The notes under the pieces: model-generated
What the model saw: the letters and a program-made list of their open reading frames with translations, nothing else
Told to the model about the DNA's origin: nothing
The model's database searches: none
Shown: in pieces, positions 1 to 9,781 of the stretch
Layout: the number at the start of each line of letters is the position of its first letter
How positions within the stretch are numbered: the stretch's first letter is position 1
Assembly (NCBI GenBank): GCA_014905635.1
Contig: JABVCE010000033.1
Coordinates: 310,001 to 331,473 of the forward strand
Origin: Scenedesmus sp. PABB004
Lineage: Eukaryota
Direction: 5' to 3'
Length of the DNA stretch: 21,473 nt
Translations under genes and position numbers: made by a program

Positions 1-1201
1 GTGCGGGCCTCGGTCACCCGGTACTCGCACTTGGCCTCCAGCGCCGCGCCCGTGCCGAGGCCGGTGAGCAGCCTGGCCAGGGGAGCGGCGCGCGGCGCGC
101 GCGGGCGACGCGACGCGCGCGGCGCGGCGCTGCGAGCTCGGCGGGCGGCGCGGCGACGCGCGCAGCGGGCGCGGCGGCGGCGCCCTGCGCGCGCGCGTCG
201 CACCTGTGCGTGCCGTCTGCGAGCTCGACGCAGCAGGCCGTGCCGTCGGCGTGTTCCAGCGCGGCGACGACGAAGCCGCGCGACGCGAGCTCGCTGCACA
301 GGATGGAGCACGTGTTGCGCATGCTCGCCGCCCTGACCGCCGGCGCGGGCGCCGCGGGCGCCGCGGCGGCGGGGGCGCGGTGAGCGCGCGGTGAGCGCGC
401 GCGCGGTGCGCCGCCGACGTGCCGGCAGGCGGGCGGGGCCGGCGCGGGTCCCACCCGTGGGAGAAAATGACGACCGGCAGGCGGCCGTGCCGGTCCTCCG
501 GCGGCGCGTTGAACACGGCCGGCAGCAGCTTGGTCATCCCGAGCGTGAAGATCGCGCTCTGCGCGACCGCCTTGAGCGCCCTCTCCTTGAGCGACGAGGG
601 GTTGCGCAGGCCCCAGCTCACGTAGCCCTGGGCGTAGGCGTAGCCGCTGCGGCGCGGCGCGGCGCGGCGCGGCCCCGTGACCAACCTGCTCCCTGAGGCC
701 ACCGTCACGCGCGAGACGGGCTCAGCGAGACGCGCGCCGCGGCGGCGCTGGGCGCTGCGCGCCGGGGCGCGCGCGCCCGGCGCGGCGCACGCACCGCAGC
801 CAGGTGAGCGGCAGGCCCCGCGGCGTGGGGCGCGCGGGTAGAACAGCCGCCCCACGACATGCTGAGCGGGCGCGGGCGGCGACGGCGTGAGCGGCGACGG
901 CGTGGGCGACCCGCGCGGCGCGCATGGCGGGCAGCGGCGACGGCGTGGGCGGCGACGGCCGCGCGGCGCGCATGGCGGCCCAAGGCGACGCGTGTGTGGC
1001 TGAGGCTCGCTTCAAAGGCAAACGCGCCGGCCGGAGAGAGCTCACGCGCCCTTCACGCGCAGCGGCGCTGCTGCGAGCGCCGCCGCTGCTGGGCTCGCAC
1101 GCTCAGCTCACGTTGTCGGCCGCGACGCTGGTGGCTGCGGGGTCGCGAAACTTGAGGTCCTGCGCTCCCACCGGGAAGCGCCCGGTGGGCCGAAGCAGCA
1201 T
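1..1201 (-). CDS. Platelet-activating-factor acetylhydrolase family alpha/beta hydrolase, 5' part (3' end beyond window)
   Basis: Exons about 1201-1112, 861-795, 646-455, 332-204 and 72-<1, all with GT-AG junctions. Translation: MLLRPTGRFPVGAQDLKF..HVVGRLFYP..LPVVIFSHG AASMRNTCSILCSELASRGFVVAALEHADGTA. This matches the PAF-AH pattern (P.G.Y/FPVG, RLFYP, PVVIFSHG, ELASxGFVVAAxEHxDG). Exon 2 needs a 1-nt indel correction at about 837. Confidence 0.85.
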
Positions 1202-1359
1202 CGCGGCGGCGGCGGCGAGTCGGTGCCGCGCGCTGCAGCGCTCGTGGGGGTCGCGCGACGGCGGGGGCGCGCCGGATGCTGGGCTGCGCCTGTGCCGCAC
1301 GGACGGCAGGACGCGCACAAGCCGGGCGCGGGGCGTTACGTCGACGGACAGCAGAACCC

Positions 1360-3626
1360 TCAACCGCGCCGCGCTGCGGCCGCCGCGCTGCTGCCGGCGC
1401 CGCCGCCGAGGCAGAGCGCCGCGGGGTCGAGTACCTGCGCCGCGGGCAGGCCGCCGCGGCGCAGCTCGTCCAGTGCGACGGCGGCCTGGCGGTAGATGCA
1501 CTCCAGCAGCGGCTGCGCGCTCGTGCCGCGCGCCTGCGGCCGTGCGCGCGCCGGGCGGCGGCGGCGGCGGCGCGGGGTCGGCCGCGGCAGCCGCGGCGCG
1601 GCGGCGTGGCCGGCGGCGCGCGCAGCGGCGCGCGCCGCGCCTTGAGCAGCGCGCCGTTGAGCTCCTCCGCGAGCGCGCCGCGCGCGGCGGGGCGCAGCAG
1701 GTGCCCGCACGGGCTGGCCGCGGGGTCGGCGTACGCGAGCAGGCTGAGCGCGTCACTGAGCAGCTCCTCCTCCTCGCGGCCCTTGCTGCAGGGGCCCAGC
1801 TCCGCGCGGCCAAACGCGAGTGCGGCGTCAAAGCACGCGCTGCCGCCGCCGGCGCCGTTGCTGGCCGCCGGCGGCGCGCACGCGCCGCGCACGAGCTCGA
1901 CAAACTGCTGCACGCGCAGCTTGAACGCGAGCCGCGGGCTCTCCTGCAGCACCGCCGGGCCGTAGTGCTCCGACACCGACGCGAGCGCCTCGGCGACGCG
2001 GCCGGCGCAGACGGCGTCAAAGATCTGCTGCCTCAGCAGCGCGTCGCGCACGTCGGCCGCCGACAGCGCGCCCGCGGCGGCGGCGCCGCCGCCGCCCTCC
2101 GGGCCCGCCGCCGCCGCCGCCGCCGCCGCGCCGCCGCCGGACTCGGCCGCCGCCGCGTCGGCCATGGTCGCGTCCTCGCTGCCGCCGGCCGCGTCCGCCA
2201 TCACCACGTCGTCGCCGCCGTCCGCCGCGCGGCTGCCGGCGCCGCCACCGCCGCCAGCGGCGCTACCGCCACCGCCGAGCATGTCTCGCGCGACGACCTC
2301 GGCGGTGCGCCAGCAGCGCTGGTGCAGCAGGTAGTCAAACACCAGGTACGGCAGCAGCGGCTGGCTCCAGCGCGCGGGCGCGGCCGGCGCGGGCGCGGCG
2401 CGGCGGCGCCGCCCGCGCCCTCGTCCTCGGCCGCCGCCGCGTCGGCGGCGGCGTCTTCGGCGCCCGCCGCCGACGCGGTGGCGGCCGCCGCCTGGGCCGC
2501 CGCCGCCGCAGCAGCCGCCGCCGCGGCCGCCGCCGCGGCGCTCGTCGTGCCGGGCGCGCCGGGCGCGGGCGGCGCGAGGCTGACCGCCGCCGGCACGGGC
2601 ACCGCGGCGACGCCGGCGAGCATCGCGGCGCGGAACTGCGCCTGCAGCGCGGCGAGGTCGACCGCAAACGGCGACGCGCCAAAGTTGGCGCGCACCTCCT
2701 CGCCCTGCGTGCGCATGCCAACGCAGGGGTAGAGCTGCGCCTCGCCCACGTTCTCAAACGCCACGCCCAGGCACTCGCCGTTCCTGCGCGCCGCGGCGGG
2801 CGGCGGGCGCGCCCGTCGGCGGCGGCGGGGGCGCCGCTGGCTCGACTGCCCCTCCCCCCTGCCCCCGCCGCGCCGCTGCGTTGCGCCGCGCCGCCGCCGC
2901 ACGCGCGCGCACTTGAAGTAGCTGATGCGCCGCGCGCCGCGGTCGAGCAGCGCGCCGACGACGTCGCCGGTCGTGAAGCTGGGGCCGTACGGCGCGCCGC
3001 TGCCGCTGCCGCGGAATGCGTGGCCGTCGTCGCCGTGGTAGCCGTAGCTGCCCGGTTCCCAGCCGGGCAGGCGCCCGAGGTTGACGCGGTCGCAGCAGAA
3101 GCCCAGGCCTGCGCGCGAGCGGGGCGCGGCGGGCGCGGCGGGGTGCGGCGCGCTCGGCTGCGGCGCGCGCGGGGCGGGGCGCCCACAGCGCCGCCGGCCG
3201 CGCTGCCGCGTCGCGCCGTGCTGCCGCGCCGCGCCGCACCGATGTAGCCCTGGTCCCCCCGCGAGACCACGGTCACCTCAAAGTAGTACAGCGGCACGTC
3301 GCCCGGCACCGGGTGGTCTGCGCGGCCGCGGCGGCGGCGGCGGCGGGGTCGCCGCCACCGCGCTGGCGGCCGCGCCGCCGCGCGCCGCCGCCGCCGCCGC
3401 GCGGGCGGCCGCCGCCGCCGCGCGCAAGCGTGCGCATGTGCGCGCGCGCACCCGCGAGGATGGAGGCCGCCTGCGCGTCGCTCTCGCCGGGGCCGACGTA
3501 CTTCAGGGCCAGGCCATCGACCTTCAGGTACTGCGCCGGCGCGGCGCCCATGCCGCCCACGGGCGCGCGGCCCCAGCTGCGCCGGTCCCACTCCGACGGC
3601 AGCGCCGCGCAGCTCTGGTAGATCAT
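1360..3626 (-). CDS. RanBPM: Ran-binding protein M/9/10-like CTLH (GID) E3 complex subunit (SPRY-LisH-CTLH-CRA)
   Basis: Exons about 3626-3452, 3317-3240, 3108-2913, 2783-1641 and 1533-1360. SPRY: YYFEVTVVSRGDQGYIGLGF..LPGWEPGSYGYHGDDGHAF..YGPSFTTGDVVG..YFKNGECLGVAF..LYPCVGMRTQGEEVRANFG. LisH: LVFDYLLHQRCWRTAEVVARD. CTLH: RQQIFDAVCAG..LAFKLRVQQFVELVR. CRA: DALSLLAYADP..SPCGHLL. One frameshift at about 2400. Confidence 0.93.
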
Positions 3627-4117
3627 GGCGCGCCGCCGCCGCCGCCGCCGCGCCGCCGCCACGCCGCCGCCGCCGCCGCGGGGCGGGCGCCGCGCTCGCC
3701 CGCGGCCGCTGCTGCCGCTGCTGCTGCGCCCGCCGCCGGCGCGTCTGGCCCCCGGCGCCGCTGGCCCCGGCCCCGGTGTGAGAGCGGCAGAGCTGCGTCC
3801 GTGCGCGGGTTGCCGGCCTGCGCCGAGCAGCGCGCGTCGGCGGCGGCGCTGCTGCTGCTGTCGCGAGGGCTGCGGCGCGTGGGGGCGAGCCTCGCTCCGT
3901 GATCGCCGTGAGGTGGGCACGCAGGCTGGCCGCTTCGCGATGGCTGTGTTGAGCAGCGCGCAAGCGGCGGCAGCGGTTCAGGCACGAAATCGAGCAGCGA
4001 CGAGGGGCGGCGGCGGCGAGTCCCCGTCGGCTCTTGACCTCGAGAGGCCCGCAGTCCCCCCATCCCCGGAAGCTCACTCACACGGCCAGGCCCAGGCGCG
4101 TGCGCCGCGCGAGAGGG

Positions 4118-5363
4118 ATGCCGCAGAAGCTGCGCTTCGCGATGGTGTGCGCGTCCAACCAGAACCGGAGCATGGAGGCGCACCGCGTGCTCAAGGAGCA
4201 CGACTTCAATGTGCGGCGGGTCTGCAGAGCGGTCAGGGCAGGGGCACCCCGGCGGCGCCCTGCGCGCGGCCGCCGGAGCAGCGTTTCGCAGCGGCAGCAG
4301 CGCAGCCGCCGCCAGCCAGCCCGCCGCGCCGGCGCCGGCGCCGCCGCCGCCCAGCGACCGCCGCCGCGGCCGCCGGCGGCGCCAGGTCTCCTCCTACGGC
4401 GTGGGCGGGCACGTGAAGCTGCCGGGGCCGAGCGCGAAGCAGCCCAACGTGTACGACTTTGGCACGCGCTACGACGCTATCCACGACGACCTCGCCGCGC
4501 GCGACGAAGCCCTCTACGTGCGCAACGGCCTGCTCGCGATGCTGCGCCGCAACGCGGCGGTCAAGGCCGCGCCCGAGAAGTGGCAGCTCAACCGGTGCAC
4601 GCCCGCGCGGCGGCCGTCCTGCAAGGGGCGCGCAGGGCGCGCGGCGGCGGGCGCGGGGTGGCGGCGGCGGCTCACGCCGGCGCCGACGCGCGGCGCGGCC
4701 CCGCACGCGTGCCGCAGGGACGTGTTTGACGCGGTCGTGTGCTTTGAGGAGAAGGTGATGCAGCAGGTCGTCGACGGTGAGTAGTGCGACGAGTGCGGCG
4801 GCGGCGGCGACGGCAGAAGGCAGCGGCGCGCCCTGGAGCCGGGGCGGAGCAGCGCCGCCACCCGCCCGGGGCGCGGCCGCCGGCGCCCGTGACTTGAACC
4901 CCGGCGCCCGCGGCCGCGCCGCAGACCTGACCAGCCGCCCGCAGTCGCTGATGAAGCCCGTGCTGGTGGTCAACATCGTGAGTGCTCAGCGCGCCGGGGC
5001 TTCGCGGCGGCGCCGGCAGCAGCGCCAGCGCCGGCAGCGCCGCGCGCCCACGCGCCGCCGCGCCCACGCATCCGTGTCGCCGCCGCAGGACGTAAAGGAC
5101 AACCACGAGGAGGCGGCCAAGGTCGCGCCGCAGACGCTGCAGCTCTGCCGCATGGTGCGCGCGCGCACCCCGCGCCCGCGCCCGCCGCGCCCGCGCCCGC
5201 GCCCGCCGCGCCACAGCCGCCGCCGCTGGCACCGCCGCGGCCGCGCCGCGCTGCCGCGCAGCTCGAGGCGGCCGAGTCGTGGGAGGGCGCGATCGACGAC
5301 GTGCTGACCGCGTTTGAGCGGGAGCACGCGCGGCGCGCGACCTACACGATCTGCTACTACTGA
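4118..5363 (+). CDS. SSU72: RNA polymerase II CTD phosphatase Ssu72
   Basis: Exons 4118-4210, 4386-4594, 4718-4776, 4925-4977, 5089-5154 and 5262-5363, all GT-AG and in phase. Catalytic VCASNQNRSMEAH, then SYGVGGHVKLPGPS..PNVYDFGT, DVKDNHEEA, ending TICYY-stop. Confidence 0.97.
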
Positions 5364-5739
5364 CGACACCGACGACCGGCGGCCACCACCCCGACCGACC
5401 GACACGTCGACCATCCACCGCGCACAAACGCGCGCTGCCGCCGGCGGCGCCCCGCCCGCGCCCCTCTCCCTGGCGCACGCGTCCGCGCCCGCCTCCCCCT
5501 CCCGGCACCCGGCCGCATCCGCGCTCCCGCGCTGCTGCTGCGGGGGACCCGCGCTGGAGCCTGTGCCGCGCCGGCCTGGCGCGGCGGCGCCCGGTGCGTG
5601 CGCACTGGCCAGCGCCAACAGCGCGGCAGCGAGCCGGCGCAGGCGCGTGCGCGCGCCCCGCTCCGCGCTGCACGGCCTGCGAGCCGCGCGCGCGGCTGCA
5701 TCGGCGACTGCCTCTCGAGGCAGTCGATCGCAGGCGCCA

Positions 5740-5760
5740 CGTGTAACGTGCATTTACACG
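5740..5760. terminator. Two chlorophyte poly(A) signals (TGTAA), one on each strand
   Basis: TGTAA at 5742-5746 (+, downstream of SSU72) and TTACA at 5754-5758 (TGTAA on -, downstream of L29). UGUAA is the established main poly(A) signal in Chlamydomonas and related chlorophytes. Confidence 0.7.
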
Positions 5761-6106
5761 TTGGACCGCCGCAGCAGCTGCCGCCGCTCGCGACACACAC
5801 TCGCCCAGCCCACGCTGCGTCAAGCCGCCAAAACGCACGCGCGCCGCGCGGCCACGCGGCGACCAATCGGCCGGACCGGCGCCCCCGCGCCGGGCGCCCC
5901 GCTGCTCCGCCTCCTGCTGCCGAGCGCGCGCCGCGGCCCCTGCCGCGGCGCCGCCTCCCCCGCCGCCCCCGAATCTCCGCAACGAGCCGGGATTGCCGGC
6001 TGCGCCGCGCTGCCGCTGCAGCGCGCGCTCGCAGCGGCCGCCCTGCCCGCCCGCCCGCCTCGCCTCCTGCTGCTGCTGCGCCCGCGCCGCCGCCCCGGCG
6101 GCGCGG

Positions 6107-6830
6107 TCAGAAGCGGCCAAAGCCGGCGGCGACCTTGGCCTCCTTGCGGAGCTTGCGGCTCTCCTTGCGGCTGATGCCGGCCTCGATCTCGCGCTCACGC
6201 AGCAGCGTCAGCAGCTGCGCGATCGCGCGCCGCGCGTGCTTGAACTCGGCCGGCTTCGGCGCGACCGCCTCGGGGCTCGCCTCCTGCGCGCGCACGGGGC
6301 GCGGGGCGCGCGGGTGGGGTGAGCGCCCGGCCGGCCAGAGGAAGGTGGGACGCTGCGGCTGCTGCGTCCAGACCCCGCGGGCGGGCGCGGCCGCCCTGCG
6401 CTGCTCCCGCCGCTGCTCGCCGGCCGCCGCCGCCGCCGCTGCTGCCGGCCGGGCAATTGGCGCGTCGCGGCTCCCATCCCGGCCCGTCGCGCGCCCGGCG
6501 CGGCCGGCGCGGCCGCCGGGCGCGCCGCGGCGGGCGGCGGCGGCCGCCGGCCACGCGCTGCCGGCGGCGCCGGCCCGCGGCGGCACCGGCCGCCCATTGG
6601 CCCCGCGCCGCCGCCCGCACCTGGCCGGGGTTGATGACGTTGCCGCGCGTGCGCTGCATGTACTCCAGCCGCATCGCCTCCTTCTTCAGCTCGCCCACCT
6701 TCTGCAGCAGCTCGGCATTGTCCAGGCCCTTGAAGTCCGACGCGCGCGTGGGGCGCACCGCCGCCACCACGCCGCGGCGGGCGGGCGCGGCGGCCGCGCG
6801 GAGGCCCGCGGCGGGCCGGGCGAGCTGCAT
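6107..6830 (-). CDS. PRPL29: Plastid 50S ribosomal protein L29 (uL29c), nucleus-encoded with transit peptide
   Basis: Exons 6830-6621 and 6283-6107. Ala/Arg-rich transit peptide, then DFKGLDNAELLQKVGELKKEAMRLEYMQRT..KPAEFKHARRAIAQLLTLLRERE (uL29 core) and the plastid-type tail GISRKESRKL. Confidence 0.9.
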
Positions 6831-7053
6831 GGCGGCCGGGTGTCGCGCGCGGCCGGGAGGCTGGCGGGGTGACGTCGGGGTGCGCCGCGGATCGTGTGGG
6901 CGTCGGCTGGGCGGCCGTGCTCGCACAGGGCGCGCGGGCCGAGCGGAAAAGTAACACATTTGCTGACGCCCCTCCATCGGATCGCGGCCCGTGGCGCCCG
7001 CCGGGGCGCGCGGGCGGCGCGACGGGTGTCGGCGCGCCGCCCGAGGCGGCGAG

Positions 7054-8232
7054 TCACGCGGCACGGCGCAGGTTGCCGTGGCTCAGCGCGACGGCCTTGG
7101 GCGCGCCCGTGGTGCCGCTGGTGTACACGAGCGTCGCGGGCATGTCCCGCGCCACGCCCCGCGCGGGCGCCCAGGCGCCCGTGGCGCGCGCGCCGCGCCC
7201 GGCCGCCAGCACGCTGCCGAACGTCAGCGGCGCGAGGCCGACGCCCGCCAGCTGCGCCGCGGCGTCCTCGTAGCCGGGCGCGCCGTCGCCGCCGCCGCCG
7301 TCGTCGTCCCAGAGCAGCGCCAGAAACTTGAGCCGCGCCGCGGCGCCGGGGCGCAGCAGCAGAGGCGCGAGCCGCGCCAGCGCCGCACGGTCGTGCACGA
7401 CCAGCCCCGCCGCGCCGCTGTGGTCAAGGATGTACGCCAGCTCGTCGAGCGGCGATGACGAGCCGCGCACCTGCGCACGAGCTGGGCGTGCACGCGGCGG
7501 GTGCGGCCGCGCCCTCGTGCACGCGAGCCGTCGCGCGCGCCCCTCGCAGCGCACCGCGTCGGTCGCGCCGTTGAGCAGCACGGCCTGGTCGGCCACGATC
7601 CAGCGGCTGGAGCCCTCGGCAAAGAGCGCGACGACGTCGCCCGGCGCGGCGCCCGCCGCGGCGAGGCCGGCCGCCCAGTCGTGCACGTCCTCTGCGAGCT
7701 CCGCGTAGCTGCGGCCCCGCGGTGCGGGTCCTCCACGGCCACCAGGCCGCCCCAGTGCGCCGCATTGGCTGCCCAGCTGCGGGCGGCGGCGCGGCGGCGC
7801 GCGCGGGCTGGGCACGGGCGCCGCGCGTGCTGGCGCGCGCGCTGGCGCGCGCGCCGCTGCCGGCGGGCCTCACATCGCGGTGATGGGCTCAAAATCCTCA
7901 CCGCCCGCGCGGTCGGCTGCCGGGGCCGCGGGCGCCGGCTGCGCCGCCGGCCCTTCCGGCGCCACGGGCGCCTCGCTCGGCGGCCGGCCCTGCGCACCGC
8001 AGCGGCGGCGCTCGGCGCGGGCGCGCGCGCGGGGCGCACCGCGCCCGCGGCGCGCCGCTATCACGCGTGCCCAGCCCCCCACGGCGCTCACCGGCGCTCG
8101 CGGCACGGCCACGCCGCAGCGCGGCCGCAGGCGGCGCGGCGCGGGCGCGGCGGCGGGCCGCGCGCACGCGGCGCCGCGGCCGCCCCATGCCGCGTGGCCG
8201 CGGGCGCCCGGAGCACGGGTCAGCGCGTGCAT
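7054..8232 (-). pseudogene. C-terminally truncated plastid long-chain acyl-CoA/acyl-ACP synthetase (AAE15/AAE16-like AMP-binding enzyme)
   Basis: Exons about 8232-8092, 7989-7874, 7776-7555 and 7470-7054. Transit-like N-terminus, then AVEDPH..SYAEL..GDVVALFAEGSSRWIVADQAVLLNGATDAVRGSSSPLDELAYILDHS..ATLVYTSGTTGAPKAVALSHGNL, followed by RRAA-stop. Frameshift at about 7715. No later adenylate-forming motifs were found before PRPL29. The family call is firm; pseudogene status is uncertain. Confidence 0.7.
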
Positions 8233-8500
8233 GGCCGGCGGCGCGCGCGTGCGGGGTGCGTGTGGGGCGCGAGCGAGCATCGCGCGAGAGTGTGCGGTGC
8301 CGGCACGCGGGCGTGTGGCAGCCGTGTCGGCCCGGCGGCTGCCGCGCGGCTGGACCCGGCAGCGGAGAGTGCGGCGTGCAGCGGGCGTGCGCGAAGGGCG
8401 TTGAGCGCAGCCGTCGCAGAAGTGTGCGCACTGGCGGGACGCCCGGGTCAGTTGCACAACACAACCCGTGAAAGCCCTGGAGCCACACCGCGCCGCCGCA

Positions 8501-8830
8501 TCAGGCGCGCACGACAACGCAGTCCTCATTCCATTCCCCCGCGTCGAGCAGCTGCTGGTACAGCCGCTGCTCCTCCACCCACTGCTCGCCGCCCGGCTCC
8601 TGCGTGCCGTCGTCGGCGAGCAGGTGCACGGCGCCGCCGGCGCCGGTGCGCAGCAGCACGTCCGGGTGGTCGCCCGCCACGGCGCCGACCTCGCCAAAGC
8701 CGGCGCCGCCGGCGCGCAGCTGCGCGGCGGCCGCAGAGCGCGCCCAGGCCGGCCCGAGCACGCTGCCGCCGCCGCTCGCCGCGCCGGCGGCGGGGTCGTG
8801 CCAGCGCGCGACGACCGAGCCGCCGCCCGC
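8501..8830 (-). CDS. Terminal coding exon or fragment of an unknown protein (no start found)
   Basis: Reads SVVARWHDP..GFGEVGAVAGDHPDVLLRTGAGGAVHLLADDGTQEPGGEQWVEEQRLYQQLLDAGEWNEDCVVVRA-stop. Third codon positions are almost all G/C and first positions vary, so this is the true coding strand here. Confidence 0.5.
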   Translation of the reverse strand, partial: AGGGSVVARWHDPAAGAASGGGSVLGPAWARSAAAAQLRAGGAGFGEVGAVAGDHPDVLLRTGAGGAVHLLADDGTQEPGGEQWVEEQRLYQQLLDAGEWNEDCVVVRA

Positions 8831-8840
8831 CGCCGCCCGC

Positions 8841-9086
8841 CGCCCGGCGCGGCGCTGGCGGCGCAGCAGCCGCAGCAGCTGTGGCCGCCGCAGTCGGCGG
8901 CGGCGGCGGGCGTCGCGCCGGGCCTGCTGGGCCTGGGCGCGGGCGGCGCGCCCGGCGCGGCGCTGGCGGCGCAGCAGCCGCAGCAGCTGCAGCTGTGGCT
9001 GCCGGCGGCGGCGGCGGGCGTCGCGCCGGGCCTGCTGGGCCTGGGCGCGGGCGGCGCGCCCGGCGCGGCGCTGGCGGCGCAGCAGC
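8841..9086 (+). repeat. 108-bp in-frame tandem repeat (about 2.3 copies; units start at 8841, 8949 and 9057)
   Basis: Near-identical units encoding PGAALAAQQPQQL..AAAAGVAPGLLGLGAGGA (36 codons). Confidence 0.9.
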
Positions 9087-9298
9087 GCACTGCGCCCATG
9101 CCGACCCTTGGCCTATTCGGGGGTTGGACCATCTACGACAGCCGTGTCCACATGGGCCGCCCACCGACGCGCAGCACGATCTTGGCTTGCGCGGCGCAGG
9201 GCTGCGAGGGCGCTGTGGTGGTGTTCAGCGACCACATCAACGTGGTCGGGGTGGTGCAGGGCGCTCCGCATAAGTGCAGGTCCCCGCCGGCGGCGTAG
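8843..9298 (+). CDS. Hypothetical protein: Ala/Gln/Gly repeats plus a C-terminal WRKY/GCM1/MULE-like C2HC zinc finger (5' end undefined)
   Basis: GWTIYDSRVHMGRPPTRSTILACAAQGCEGAVVVFSDHINVVGVVQGAPHKC gives W-x2-Y ... C-x4-C-x21-H-x-C. Stop TAG at 9296-9298; first in-frame ATG at 9098. Confidence 0.5.
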   Translation, partial: PGAALAAQQPQQLWPPQSAAAAGVAPGLLGLGAGGAPGAALAAQQPQQLQLWLPAAAAGVAPGLLGLGAGGAPGAALAAQQRTAPMPTLGLFGGWTIYDSRVHMGRPPTRSTILACAAQGCEGAVVVFSDHINVVGVVQGAPHKCRSPPAA

Positions 9299-9781
9299 CA
9301 GGCGGGGCCGCTCCCCAAGCGGCGGCGCTGAGCGGCGGCGGCGGCAGCGGATGCGGCGGGTCATCTGTGCGCGGCAGCACCGACGGCCGAGTTTCTGTTG
9401 CTTTGGGGTGGCCGCGCCTGCCTGCGTGCCTGCCTGCGTGCGTGCGCGGCCGTTGCGAGCGCGCGGTGTGCGAGCGCCCACGTGCAAAAGACCAAGTTGC
9501 ACAGACCCACGCCAGCGCCGCTGACGCCGCCCAGCCGTCCCACTCGATCGATCGTCAGTAGCGGGGCGGCGCCGCGCAAGTGGACAGACCGCCCCCGGCG
9601 CCTGCACACCGCCCTGCCACGCCCTCCTCAGTCGCCCGCCGCCACCGCCGCCACCGCCGCCGCCGCCCGCCGCCGACCCTGCGCCGCGCGCCTCCCCGAT
9701 CGCAGACCAGCTCGACAGCGATCGCCTGCCCCTCCTGTGCAGCTCAGGCGCACTCTTTGCGGAGCGGACCTCCACACCACC

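Noticed and set aside
870..980. Degenerate repeats (gcggcgacggcgtg / gcggcgcgcatggcgg) in PAF-AH intron 1
   Set aside because: Ordinary low-complexity intronic duplication with no terminal repeats or target-site duplication.
6284..6620. Longer PRPL29 intron as a snoRNA host or extra exon
   Set aside because: No C/D or H/ACA boxes were recognised, and the flanking exons join in frame to give a complete L29.
8468..8830. 5' half of the plus-strand ORF 8468-9298 as real coding sequence
   Set aside because: It is the codon-aligned antisense of the minus-strand exon (first positions almost all G/C) and has no ATG.
8841..9086. Direct repeats as a CRISPR array
   Set aside because: Contiguous in-frame tandem units with no unique spacers, no cas genes, and a eukaryotic context.
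9133..9318. Minus-strand 61-aa ORF with possible TAG readthrough into ORF 7870-9132
   Set aside because: It is the antisense of the more protein-like zinc-finger frame, and nothing in the conserved genes here suggests stop-codon reassignment.
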